From the sequence record NC_070966.1: DNA of 64,000 nt; one strand, given 5' to 3'. Under the pieces are notes generated by a model. It was not told where the DNA came from and made no database searches. It saw only the letters and a list, made by a program, of their open reading frames with translations. Below are positions 55,214 through 64,000 of this stretch, piece after piece. The position numbers were made by a program, and so were the translations under genes. How positions within the stretch are numbered: the first letter of the stretch is position 1; the number at the start of each line of letters is the position of its first letter.

Positions 55214-55549
55214 TTACTTCTTGTTCTCAGCTGCTTTCTTAGCAGCTTCTTCGTCAGCTTTCTTCTTAGCTGCAGCTGCTTCATCGGCCTTCTTCTTAGA
55301 TTCAGCAGCTAGTCTCTCTGCTTCTTCCTTAGCCTTCTTAGCATTAGCTGCTGCCTTCTCTACTTCTTCCTTGCTAGGCATAGGCTCAAGTACGAGATCG
55401 AAATCCTTGACATAATCCTGAAGCACTAGATATTCTTCATTAGAGATATTCTCCTTGGAAGTCTTAGACTCAAGATAGAATACAAGTCCGAGATCTGGAC
55501 GGTTGAAGAATAGTGCACCTGCAGAATTATTAGTTAGTTTATAAGCCAT
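55214..55549 (-). CDS. Hypothetical protein with Ala/Lys/Glu low-complexity tail
   Basis: KAAANAKKAKEEAE...KKAAENKK. Confidence 0.65.
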   Translation of the reverse strand: MAYKLTNNSAGALFFNRPDLGLVFYLESKTSKENISNEEYLVLQDYVKDFDLVLEPMPSKEEVEKAAANAKKAKEEAERLAAESKKKADEAAAAKKKADEEAAKKAAENKK

Positions 55550-55610
55550 AATAAATCCTCTATTTTATATTCAGAATGAGTAGCAATCTACTTATTATAA
55601 ATATAAAGAA

Positions 55611-55636
55611 TGAGGTGGATCTTTCGACCCACCTCA
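55611..55636 (-). terminator. Terminator after the major capsid gene
   Basis: TGAGGTGGGTC GAAA GATCCACCTCA then TTCTTT. Confidence 0.85.
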
Positions 55637-55642
55637 CTAAAA

Positions 55643-57055
55643 TTATGCCGTAATCGTGATCTTCGTGATGAAGTTCGGTACGAGAACGTCGATAGCAGCC
55701 CATACTGCAGCAGCACGCTGGTTGATGAGCGGGTTAACGCCACCAGGTAGAGCTGAAGTAACAACGAGCGGCATGTACGGAGCGTACACGAGTGCAGACT
55801 CGAACGGAGATACTGCATTGTACATGCAGAGGATGGTGTCTGCGTTCAGAACGTTACCGTTAGGAACACGAACAACAGTCATACCGTCAAGAGTACCGAA
55901 GATGTGAGGACCAATGGTCGAACCATCAGAGATCTTCACGAATCCAGGAAGCGTCTGGATGATAGCTGCAGCGTTACGTCCAGCGATCATGACGTTAACA
56001 GTACCACGACCAGCTACTGAGAGGATGTTAGCTTCTGCAACAGAGAGCTGATCCTTCAGAGACTGCTTGTGTTCGAAGTACGATACACCATCAGGTGCAG
56101 TCTTCGACCAGTTAACGTTACCGATAGCCTTAGCAGCTAGCTGAGCGATACCTGTGTTAACAGTTTCAGCGTTGATAGCTGATACGAGGTCTGTAGCAAC
56201 TTCGTCTTCAGCGATCATGCCGAAACGACGACGTAGAGCATATGACTGCTCAAGACCGATGGTATCCTTCAGAGCGAATACGCGAGCATTAACGCTCTTC
56301 GTATCGAGCTTGAAGAGGATCTTCGGAATATCGGTCGAAGCTTCGAAGTCCGTAGCGAAGGTTAGAACAATGTTCTTACCAGCGGTAGGGTTAGCAGCGA
56401 AGTTAAGTACTACAGCACCAGTCGTGTAGTTAACGGTACCAGAGATACCGCGACCTAGGATATTACCCAGACCGTCATCGATAGAAGCTGGCAGACCAGA
56501 TACAGTTGTTTCAACTGTCAGCGATCCTGGACGAATCGGAGGATTCGAGATCGTGATGTTGTAAGCAAGCTGTGCATCAACAGTAACAACTGGAGCCATC
56601 GTTAGACGGTCACCAGCGAAGCCCTGAGGAGCTACCTGTTCGATGTCAGTCGCACCAGCGATCATCTGACCTGCAGTAACGTTACCACGAGTCGTCTGAG
56701 CGATGACGTTCTTGTAGTATACAGTACCGCGTTCTTCATCGATCGGCTGAACCGATGCGATAGCTGAAAGTGGCGATGTACCATAAGCTACAGTGATAAC
56801 GTCGAATGCAACGTTAGGGATCTTACCTAGCTGAGCTAGTGTACCGTCTTCTTCGCAGAGAGCCTTATAGACTTCGAAAGATTCGAGCTGCTTACCAAGA
56901 GCGTATACGTCCTGAGCAGTGATTGAACGAACCTTAGAAAGTACAGACTTACTTTCAAGAGACTCAACGAAGGTACGGTACTGCTTGAGATAACGCTCAG
57001 CGTCCTTCTCAACCTTCTGACCCTTCAGTTGTTCAGCAATAGAGATGTCACTCAT
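55643..57055 (-). CDS. Major capsid protein, T4 gp23-like
   Basis: IASVQPI..GTVYY; KSVNARVFALK..LEQSYAL..GMIAEDEV; LVYAPYMP. Confidence 0.9.
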   Translation of the reverse strand: MSDISIAEQLKGQKVEKDAERYLKQYRTFVESLESKSVLSKVRSITAQDVYALGKQLESFEVYKALCEEDGTLAQLGKIPNVAFDVITVAYGTSPLSAIASVQPIDEERGTVYYKNVIAQTTRGNVTAGQMIAGATDIEQVAPQGFAGDRLTMAPVVTVDAQLAYNITISNPPIRPGSLTVETTVSGLPASIDDGLGNILGRGISGTVNYTTGAVVLNFAANPTAGKNIVLTFATDFEASTDIPKILFKLDTKSVNARVFALKDTIGLEQSYALRRRFGMIAEDEVATDLVSAINAETVNTGIAQLAAKAIGNVNWSKTAPDGVSYFEHKQSLKDQLSVAEANILSVAGRGTVNVMIAGRNAAAIIQTLPGFVKISDGSTIGPHIFGTLDGMTVVRVPNGNVLNADTILCMYNAVSPFESALVYAPYMPLVVTSALPGGVNPLINQRAAAVWAAIDVLVPNFITKITITA

Positions 57056-57075
57056 TATTTTGTATTCCTATTAAA

Positions 57076-58587
57076 TTACTTAGAGAATGATTCCATGAGA
57101 CGGCTGGTCAGACTTCCACCACGTGTGCGGAGCTCAGATTCCTGATGATCTTCATTTAGAGATTCATTCTGGACTGGCTTCTTAGTCTTATTAGTTGCAT
57201 CGTAACGATCAGCAACTGCATCACCCTTGATTGATTCAAGGAGAGACTTAGTTTCTGAAACACCATGCTTCTTGACCATTGCCTCAACTGCTTCGGACTT
57301 AACTCCGAATTCGGTAGCGATAGATTCAACATCCTTACGGAATGCTTCATCCTTAGACTTAGAAACGATAGACTCAGTCATATCGAAAGCCTTAGAGATG
57401 TCTTCTGGCGTACCTAATGCAGCATAGCTCTCTAGGGTAGCCTTCAGATTCTTAATTTCTTCAGGATTACCTAGTGCCTCGTATTTACCGAGGGATTCAA
57501 GCTTACTACCTAGCTCTTCAAGATTGCCAAGTTCAGAATAGTTACTGACAACATCTAGCATCCCACTGAGTTCGTCAGGAGATCCAAGATCCTTGTAATC
57601 TTCTACCAGAGTGTCGATACGGTTGAAAGCCTCAGTGAGCTCTTCTGGAGTACCAAACTCTTTATACTGAACAAGCATAGCTTCTGCTTCATCTAGAGCC
57701 TTAGCAACCTGTTCAGCTGTACCTAGATCCTTGTATCCAGATACGGTTGTCTGGAGATCAGCGACCTGACCTTCGAGAACAGTAACCTTGCGATTACTAT
57801 TAGCGACGGACTCTTCAAGTCTACCGATTTCCTTGTCCTTGAGTGCAATCGACTGACTAAGTGCATCAGCTTCATTCGTCTTAGACTTAACTGTGTTCAG
57901 AGCCTCATCAAGTGCTAGCTGGAGCTTAGCCTTGTCCTTTGAGAGAGACTCTAGTAATTCTGTGCTCATGTTATTCTCCGAAATATTATCATCGGTATCG
58001 ATGTTGTCTTGGTTTTCACTTTCGACTAGTACAGGAATAGCCGTCGGTACTCCTGGTCTCTGCACAAAGTCGAATCCTTCTAACTTAAACGTATCAGGAT
58101 CTACGACCTTGGAACCACTCTTGGTTGTTCCCTTGTACTCACCAGTTGCTCTTGAAGATACTTTAAGTCGAACTCCACCACGTAGTAGTGCATTTAGATT
58201 GCGACCAGCGTCAGTATTTAGGACCTGGATTTCTCCCATCCCAACACCTGTATCTTCGTCAATCCAAAGCTTAGTGACTTTGTGACTTGCTTTACCTTCA
58301 AGTAATGATTGATCATCGAGAGGTTGCTCGTGACCAATTGTACCTAATACTTCACCGTAGGACATTCTTTCGGCACTCTCGAAGATCGCTTTCTCCCAGA
58401 GCTTGTCTGAATAGAATCGACCGTTGAGAGACTCACCGTTAACTGTAAAGAATGGTCCTGCGACTCTCGCTAGGATATTGACACCGTCAACAACACGATC
58501 TTCTTCCGACTCAGTCATAACCGTCCAAGGCTTCATATGCTTAGGATCGATATTGAATGAGTCAACGATCAGTTTCTTTTCAGACAT
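57076..58587 (-). CDS. Prohead protease fused to a scaffold-like coiled-coil / repeat domain
   Basis: GPF..NGRFYS..LGTIGH..SHKV..VSSRATG..GFDFV..P (gp21-like); six Y..LG.PEE repeats. Confidence 0.88.
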   Translation of the reverse strand: MSEKKLIVDSFNIDPKHMKPWTVMTESEEDRVVDGVNILARVAGPFFTVNGESLNGRFYSDKLWEKAIFESAERMSYGEVLGTIGHEQPLDDQSLLEGKASHKVTKLWIDEDTGVGMGEIQVLNTDAGRNLNALLRGGVRLKVSSRATGEYKGTTKSGSKVVDPDTFKLEGFDFVQRPGVPTAIPVLVESENQDNIDTDDNISENNMSTELLESLSKDKAKLQLALDEALNTVKSKTNEADALSQSIALKDKEIGRLEESVANSNRKVTVLEGQVADLQTTVSGYKDLGTAEQVAKALDEAEAMLVQYKEFGTPEELTEAFNRIDTLVEDYKDLGSPDELSGMLDVVSNYSELGNLEELGSKLESLGKYEALGNPEEIKNLKATLESYAALGTPEDISKAFDMTESIVSKSKDEAFRKDVESIATEFGVKSEAVEAMVKKHGVSETKSLLESIKGDAVADRYDATNKTKKPVQNESLNEDHQESELRTRGGSLTSRLMESFSK

Positions 58588-59296
58588 CCTGAATCTCCAT
58601 TAGGGACTTCAGATAGTCAACATTTGACTTCATCTCAAGTATTTTAAAGTACTTAACGAGCATTCCATATGTCAGGTCTTCATTGACATCCTGCGACTCT
58701 AATTGAGAAGATAACTCTTCTGGTTCGAAGTCCACAACTGTCGATAACGCTGATAATACTTCAACTTGTTCAACAAGTCTTAGTAATAATTCGAGTTCGT
58801 CATATGAAATGTCTTCATACTTGCCATCATGAACTTTCTGTTCAAGAGAAGCAAGGTGAGGTAGCGAATACTCAAGAAGAAAATCGAAATCTACATCTTC
58901 ATCCATGCTCGATCGGTAATATTCACCTTCGATGAATAGATGAGTACGTAGAGAACTTAATGCTTTAAGAGTCTCGTACTTCGTATTATCAATACTCTCG
59001 AATCTATTGGTAATACGAGTAGCAAGAAATCGACCGAGTTGTCGATGGAATTTCTTACCTTCAGTGGACTTATGCCACTTTCGTACACCTTTCAGATGCG
59101 AGTATCTATGTCTTCTCCAGCTAGCTTTGCCTATCTGAGATCTTCTGAAATCTTTTACTTTAGATACCAGAGTTTTACGATTCTTAAGGAATATTTCATG
59201 CAGATCGTCAGGGATCGTGTCCTGACCGATAAGATCTATTCTCTCCATTTCTGTACAGAACAGAGACCTATCAAGATCTGATTTGAACTTGACCAT
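58580..59296 (-). CDS. Hypothetical head protein, possible core protein
   Basis: Lies between portal and protease; basic segment plus acidic C-terminus. Confidence 0.55.
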   Translation of the reverse strand: MVKFKSDLDRSLFCTEMERIDLIGQDTIPDDLHEIFLKNRKTLVSKVKDFRRSQIGKASWRRHRYSHLKGVRKWHKSTEGKKFHRQLGRFLATRITNRFESIDNTKYETLKALSSLRTHLFIEGEYYRSSMDEDVDFDFLLEYSLPHLASLEQKVHDGKYEDISYDELELLLRLVEQVEVLSALSTVVDFEPEELSSQLESQDVNEDLTYGMLVKYFKILEMKSNVDYLKSLMEIQDV

Positions 59297-59365
59297 GATT
59301 ATATCCTACACGGAGGGTCGTGCTACCGTCCCTCCTCCTGGAGTTATCTGAGGATTAAACGACTG

Positions 59366-60910
59366 TTAAGACGGTGCTGAACCATCGTCGTCTTTACTAT
59401 CCGAATCTTTAACAATCTTAGGTTCTAATTTAGAAGTCTTGGGATTAGGTTGATTCGTATTTCGGCTATTGCCTTTATGTTCACCATCGTATTTCAAGAA
59501 GTTCAGCTTATCCTGAAGGAATGTCTTCAAGGCATCTTCGTCAACAATATCATTCAGACCTGCATCTTCAATGTCATTCAAGAAGGTGAAAGTATTACGT
59601 AACATACCAACGGTAGCGTCGTGATACTCTAGCTTCTCAAGTTCGTCAACATTGACTGTTTCATTGAGGAACTGAACTTCTAGATCTGCGAGAGTTACAT
59701 CTCGGGTAGCAGTACAATTCTTCAAGTGAGTTAAGCAGATTTGAAGAACACCAGATGCAATACTGTTCTGGATGGCTTTAATCTTACGCAAATATCTAGC
59801 GTACTTCTTAATAGTCTCTGTCTTGGATGCTCCACCAAAGAAGAGCTCTGTAGGGAATCCAATTGATGTACAGATTACGTCTCGAGTATCTCGAATCGTA
59901 TTCATAACGTCACTGACATTACTATTATTTCGAACGTCGATATTCTGCATACCTCCTTTACCAGCAAAGGTAGGTACAACTTTAATTCGACCTGCAACAG
60001 TTAGAATATCTGATGCAGTCAACATTCCTGATTGTGGATCAACAGCAATCTTTTTATTGAAGAGATTTTCATACTCTCTTGCAATATTAAATGCTTCCTT
60101 AGGGTCAGTCGATGCAGGAACTTCTACACCAACAATCGATCCAGCTGTAATATCAGAAAGCTTAACTGCAGGAATCAATTTCTCAAGAAGTTGTAACTCC
60201 TTGATCTTTGATAGAACTCCGAACAGAATAGGCTTGCCGATACGAGCATGAGATGGTAGCTGAGATAGTCCTTCAATTTTGGACAATTCCTGCTTCTCAT
60301 GTTCTGAGAATGTAGGTACTCTGATCTTGCGACCAGAAAGAATAAAGTGAGCGATCTCGTGAGGATCTTTCAATTCATAAGAATCTTGATTAGAACGATT
60401 CTTAGTCTTGACAAGAAACTTGAACGGATAACCCTGACGATAAAATCCGAGAATTGCTGATGGATTTAGATCGTCAGTAATTTCAGTCACACCCTTACCA
60501 GGTTGGATTGTCATACGAAGAGGGTACTCACCATATGAAAGCAAATCTGGCGTAATATCATTCACGATATTATCAAGGTCGAACATCTTCTGAAACTTCT
60601 CAAGTTCTCTATTGTACTTCTCATTAGGAGAAGTAACTTTGAGAATCTCACCTGAACTGATGTCTGGAGTGAGAGCGTCTTCAGAGATATTTGTGAGAAG
60701 AGCATCAACCAGATAATAACCTTTGACCTGATTGAACTCTTTAAGATAGTCATCTCTTGAATTCACTGCTGATGTGAAGACAGATGCCATAGCACTAGCT
60801 ACAACTGGAGATGCTTTAGGAGTTGCACCTGTAGATTTCTTAGCTACAGGTGCAGGAGTAGTCTTGGCTTCGAATATCGAGCCATATAGTCTTTCAAAGA
60901 GTCCTGCCAT
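59366..60910 (-). CDS. Portal protein (gp20-like)
   Basis: Position after the terminase; DLLSYGE, RIGKPIL, SIGFP, 514 aa. Confidence 0.85.
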   Translation of the reverse strand: MAGLFERLYGSIFEAKTTPAPVAKKSTGATPKASPVVASAMASVFTSAVNSRDDYLKEFNQVKGYYLVDALLTNISEDALTPDISSGEILKVTSPNEKYNRELEKFQKMFDLDNIVNDITPDLLSYGEYPLRMTIQPGKGVTEITDDLNPSAILGFYRQGYPFKFLVKTKNRSNQDSYELKDPHEIAHFILSGRKIRVPTFSEHEKQELSKIEGLSQLPSHARIGKPILFGVLSKIKELQLLEKLIPAVKLSDITAGSIVGVEVPASTDPKEAFNIAREYENLFNKKIAVDPQSGMLTASDILTVAGRIKVVPTFAGKGGMQNIDVRNNSNVSDVMNTIRDTRDVICTSIGFPTELFFGGASKTETIKKYARYLRKIKAIQNSIASGVLQICLTHLKNCTATRDVTLADLEVQFLNETVNVDELEKLEYHDATVGMLRNTFTFLNDIEDAGLNDIVDEDALKTFLQDKLNFLKYDGEHKGNSRNTNQPNPKTSKLEPKIVKDSDSKDDDGSAPS

Positions 60911-60918
60911 TTGCTTCT

Positions 60919-62754
60919 CTACTTGTAAACTTGGAAGTCACTCGTACCTAGAATGCCTTCATAACTATTAGTAGGCTTACTACTTGAAGCGATAGCCTCA
61001 ATGAATTCTTCCGTTGTCGTATTTGCACGATAACGATTCATACCGAGTTTAGCACTCCAGATAGATCCGCAGATAGCATCAGCACCGTCTTTACTACCTT
61101 CCATAGGATGGTCGACCTTACGGGTACCAACTTCAAGTTCTTTCAATTCTTTACTTAGGATAGGATGCTTGATCCCATGCCATCTACTTTCAAGAATTGC
61201 GAGCTTGAATTCATTGTAAGGATCGAAAGTTCTATCGCAAGATAGAAGCTCAGTATTGAAACCTTCTAGAAGCAAGTCTTGACGAAGATTTGTAGACTGA
61301 TAACCATCGGTAGTAATGCAAGTGACTGGATAACCTCGAGCTCGAAGATCAATCATAAGATTCTTGATCTTATAAATTGGTACTTCTTGACCGATACGTG
61401 CCTCGATGTACATGACAAAGTCAGTACTGTATACCGGTGAGGACTCAACGATCTCCTTACCTGCGATAGCGTCAAATCGCCTCGTAGTAATGATACCATC
61501 AAGTCTCGTCGATGCAATACCAGTTTTATCGTGTTTGATACCAAGGTCAACATGAATAAATCTCGGACGACGATCCTTGTCAAGTTTAGTGAAGTCAATA
61601 AACTCAATCAATCTTTCATTCGGATTGAAGAAGTCAACAGATACCACATCCTTGTGAACAGGATTATCTTTCTTGAAGGACTCTTCGATCTTCTCCACTG
61701 ATGGAATGAATCGATGAGCTGCCTGAGTACTCTTACCAGCGATGTCCTGAAGTGCTCGGTAAATATCTTTCTCGAAGTTTACCTGATACTCAATTGGGAC
61801 ATCCATGATGTAGGATTCGTCAATACCAATCGTTCCAGTTTGTGGAGTGATAATGAACGGATCCTTGAATTGGTTACCTACGAATACCTTAAAGGTCTGA
61901 CCAGAATACTGAATCTTCCACGGAGGGAGAACCTTCCAGATCGGATTGTCCCAAATTCTAATCTTAGGATCGTCTTCTCTACCCTTAAGTAGATAATCTT
62001 CGATGAATGAACCTGAGTCAGTCTTCGAGGAGTCGATCCACATACGTCCTGGGTACGATTCATTCTTCATGAAACGTGACTGGAGACGAGCTAGAACACC
62101 GTTATAGTTCTCGACTGCCTGACCTGCAACCTTATTCTGGAAGTTAATTTCCGATAGAATAGTTGAGAAGACAGCTTTACCGAGAACGTCTGATGGACGA
62201 GAACCTGTAATGATATCAATATTGTTAGGAAGAATCGACAATTTACCTGAAGTCTTCTTCATCTCTGATTTGAAGAATGGTGAATTCTTAAGGTAAGTAA
62301 TGATCTGGTCGTAAAGAACGGTACCAGCTAGACTCTTCGTAGCGTTCATCAGAGCCAAGACGATCTTGGTACTCTTGATGAGATTATACTTTTCATGCGG
62401 ATCCTTAAGATACAGCAACTTACATAGATCGTAAGTCACACCTGCTAGTGCGCATGTAGACTTACCCTGACCAATCGATCCTGTAAGAACGATCTCAAGA
62501 TAAGGTGAGAAGAATGGATTAGGGTAGATCTCATAAAGAGCGCTACGCCAGATCGGATAGGTATTGTCACCAAACATGTCACCCATGAAGTAATCATCAT
62601 CGATGAATTTGTCAATGGTAGGTGGAGCATCTACGTACCCTCCCATTTTAGCGAGAGTACGTAGTGTTTCAGTCTTACCATGAGCAGCCATGAGATTCTG
62701 TACAAGAGCTCCCATCGACTGATCAACAGGACTCGTGTTATTCTCAGTGCTCAA
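60919..62754 (-). CDS. Terminase large subunit
   Basis: GSIGQGKS Walker A; nuclease HVDLG, TTDGYQS, VDHP.EGSKDGADA. Confidence 0.92.
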   Translation of the reverse strand: MSTENNTSPVDQSMGALVQNLMAAHGKTETLRTLAKMGGYVDAPPTIDKFIDDDYFMGDMFGDNTYPIWRSALYEIYPNPFFSPYLEIVLTGSIGQGKSTCALAGVTYDLCKLLYLKDPHEKYNLIKSTKIVLALMNATKSLAGTVLYDQIITYLKNSPFFKSEMKKTSGKLSILPNNIDIITGSRPSDVLGKAVFSTILSEINFQNKVAGQAVENYNGVLARLQSRFMKNESYPGRMWIDSSKTDSGSFIEDYLLKGREDDPKIRIWDNPIWKVLPPWKIQYSGQTFKVFVGNQFKDPFIITPQTGTIGIDESYIMDVPIEYQVNFEKDIYRALQDIAGKSTQAAHRFIPSVEKIEESFKKDNPVHKDVVSVDFFNPNERLIEFIDFTKLDKDRRPRFIHVDLGIKHDKTGIASTRLDGIITTRRFDAIAGKEIVESSPVYSTDFVMYIEARIGQEVPIYKIKNLMIDLRARGYPVTCITTDGYQSTNLRQDLLLEGFNTELLSCDRTFDPYNEFKLAILESRWHGIKHPILSKELKELEVGTRKVDHPMEGSKDGADAICGSIWSAKLGMNRYRANTTTEEFIEAIASSSKPTNSYEGILGTSDFQVYK

Positions 62755-62762
62755 GTGAAATC

Positions 62763-63266
62763 CTATTCTTCAGTTGTTTTCTTAGGTGGAGCAGCTACAG
62801 CATTAACATTCAAGTTAGATAGAATCGCAGAGACGATCGCTTGAACGTCGGTACCTGCTTGAGTCTTATCTGCTGGATCAGTTGCAGCTAGAGCGAGTAG
62901 CTGAGCTTCAACATTACCCCAGTCGATTGACTTAAGAGTCGATCTAACGTAAGACGAAGATTCGTTAAGTGCTTCAACACCCATCTTGTAGAGACCAACC
63001 AGTTTGGATGGTTCTAGATTACGAATCGTGTCTTCACTAAAGACCTGACTTTCAAGATTATATACAAGCGCAGATAGATTCGAGACTCTCTTAGCCTGAA
63101 CTTCTGCTAGACCGAAGAGGGCCAGTTGAAGACCGACCTCCTTGATTCTCCAGTCATTGAATCCATTTACCTTACGATCGACAAGCTGAATAGCGTAGTC
63201 AATCGATTTCGTTAGTTCTGGTGCTTGGGAACTTTCTGAGAATTCATCAGTCAGATCATCACTCAT
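62763..63266 (-). CDS. Probable terminase small subunit
   Basis: Helical 167-aa ORF directly upstream of TerL; AAGGAG RBS. Confidence 0.55.
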   Translation of the reverse strand: MSDDLTDEFSESSQAPELTKSIDYAIQLVDRKVNGFNDWRIKEVGLQLALFGLAEVQAKRVSNLSALVYNLESQVFSEDTIRNLEPSKLVGLYKMGVEALNESSSYVRSTLKSIDWGNVEAQLLALAATDPADKTQAGTDVQAIVSAILSNLNVNAVAAPPKKTTEE

Positions 63267-63291
63267 CAGGTTCTCCTTAATTGAATAAAGT

Positions 63292-63317
63292 TGGTGTCCC
63301 GATTTCTCAGGACACCA
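63292..63317 (-). promoter_or_regulatory. GAAA-tetraloop hairpin in the leader of the terminase operon
   Basis: UGGUGUCCUGA GAAA UCGGGACACCA: 11 bp including a U-G pair that forms only on the minus strand. Confidence 0.7.
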
Positions 63318-63376
63318 TAGTATTATTACATTATATAAATGCCCTTATAAACTGGGCGCTACTGAAAATTGATAAA

Positions 63377-63599
63377 GGGAGGAGATCAAATAACTTTGAC
63401 GAGGATAGTTACGATCTCCTCCCATGCTACTCAGAAAGAGGAGTAGCCACTCAGGCGACAAGACAGACTAGAGAGCTCCAGCACAAACTCAATCTAGCGA
63501 AACGTCTCGTCAGCCAACTACCAAGGAGAGGTTCCCAGTAAGAAGCGCTTCTCATGTATTATGAAAGCTAGTTCTTCCAGAAGGGTTACCTTAAAGAAC
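63377..63599 (-). ncRNA. Candidate structured RNA of five consecutive helices
   Basis: Stems at 63571-63599, 63547-63568, 63454-63515, 63426-63447 and 63377-63423; G-U pairs favour the minus strand; U-rich tail after the last stem. Confidence 0.5.
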
Positions 63600-63729
63600 T
63601 TTCCGACCGGCGTATTGCGGCGCACCCTTCTTCTGAGGAGGACCGACTTACATTATCGATTATTAGATAATTGTAGAATAACTCACGACAAAATAAAACG
63701 CTCTTTCTTTCTTGATTCACGGTTACCTG

Positions 63730-63758
63730 CAGCGAATTGAGCTCTCAAAAGCCTTCCT
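63730..63758 (+). promoter_or_regulatory. Bipartite motif CAGCGAA-N13-AGCCTTCCT, copy B
   Basis: CAGCGAA ttgagctctcaaa AGCCTTCCT, followed by CTACG as near copy A. Confidence 0.7.
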
Positions 63759-63947
63759 CTACGTAATGCCAGGACCCTCCTTATTATCACATGACATTCC
63801 ACACGAGATTGCATTCGCATTATTCTTATTATAAGAATTGTAATAGACTTTATTACTTATCTCGATTTTATCCTACCTTATGGAATTTCATTTTCTCCTT
63901 ATTAAAATAAAAATTTTACGAATTTTCACGATCTGACTTTCTTAATT

Positions 63948-64000
63948 AGTTATTATATTATAATAATAATTATAATTATTATATAATTATTATAATAAGA
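63948..64000. repeat. Almost pure A/T tract of TTATAAT-like palindromic units
   Basis: ttattatattataataataattataattattatataattattataataaga. Confidence 0.7.

Noticed and set aside
55596-55603. T4 late promoter TATAAATA
   Set aside because: It is on the + strand, antisense to the late genes, in AT-rich DNA where chance matches are likely
18765-56625. Additional CAGCGAA heptamers within genes (e.g. near 18.8, 19.1, 46.5, 56.4 and 56.6 kb)
   Set aside because: None is followed by AGCCTTCCT at 13 nt; the half-site alone occurs at chance frequency
59333-59360. CtrA-like TTAA-N7-TTAA box upstream of 58580..59296
   Set aside because: Imperfect (TTAA-N7-ATAA), single instance, and the host is not established
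63281-63541. 86-aa + strand ORF upstream of terS
   Set aside because: TTG start without an RBS, antisense to the operon, and overlaps the helices whose G-U pairs favour a minus-strand RNA
63560-63640. RNase P, tmRNA or tRNA identity for the structured region
   Set aside because: GGAAAGUU only loosely resembles the RNase P GGAAAGUC; the matching 3' P4 strand, tRNA-like ends and T-loop are absent

Overview
A 64-kb segment of a large contractile-tailed dsDNA phage with T4-like head proteins. Spanins and a GH19 endolysin imply a Gram-negative host. The left arm (1-15.9 kb, + strand) is replication and transcription: NAD-dependent ligase (starts before the window), primase, Cas4-like nuclease, dCMP deaminase, DinG-like helicase, HD nucleotidase, a UDG/exonuclease/PolA fusion, two paralogous sigma-like ORFs and an intact, unsplit bacterial-type RNA polymerase beta-prime. 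The right arm (16-63.3 kb, - strand) is the virion/lysis region: terminase, portal, protease-scaffold, capsid, neck, sheath, tubes, tape measure, baseplate, fibres, lysis genes and a distal cassette of esterase/depolymerase-like genes. The most interesting signals are not in the ORF track: (1) a bipartite motif CAGCGAA-N13-AGCCTTCCT found three times, always intergenic; (2) a shared N-terminal leader MS(R/K)(A/S)xx(L/I)(I/L)xx(I/L/V)...E on five dispersed proteins, including one of the sigma-like paralogues, suggesting a capsid-targeted transcription factor; (3) a likely +1 frameshift at CCC-UUU-CGU in the chaperone gene before the tape measure; (4) a structured minus-strand RNA upstream of the terminase; (5) a second leader, M(A/T)IS(K/I), on four adjacent surface-enzyme genes. 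All family assignments come from motif recognition by eye; no database search was run.
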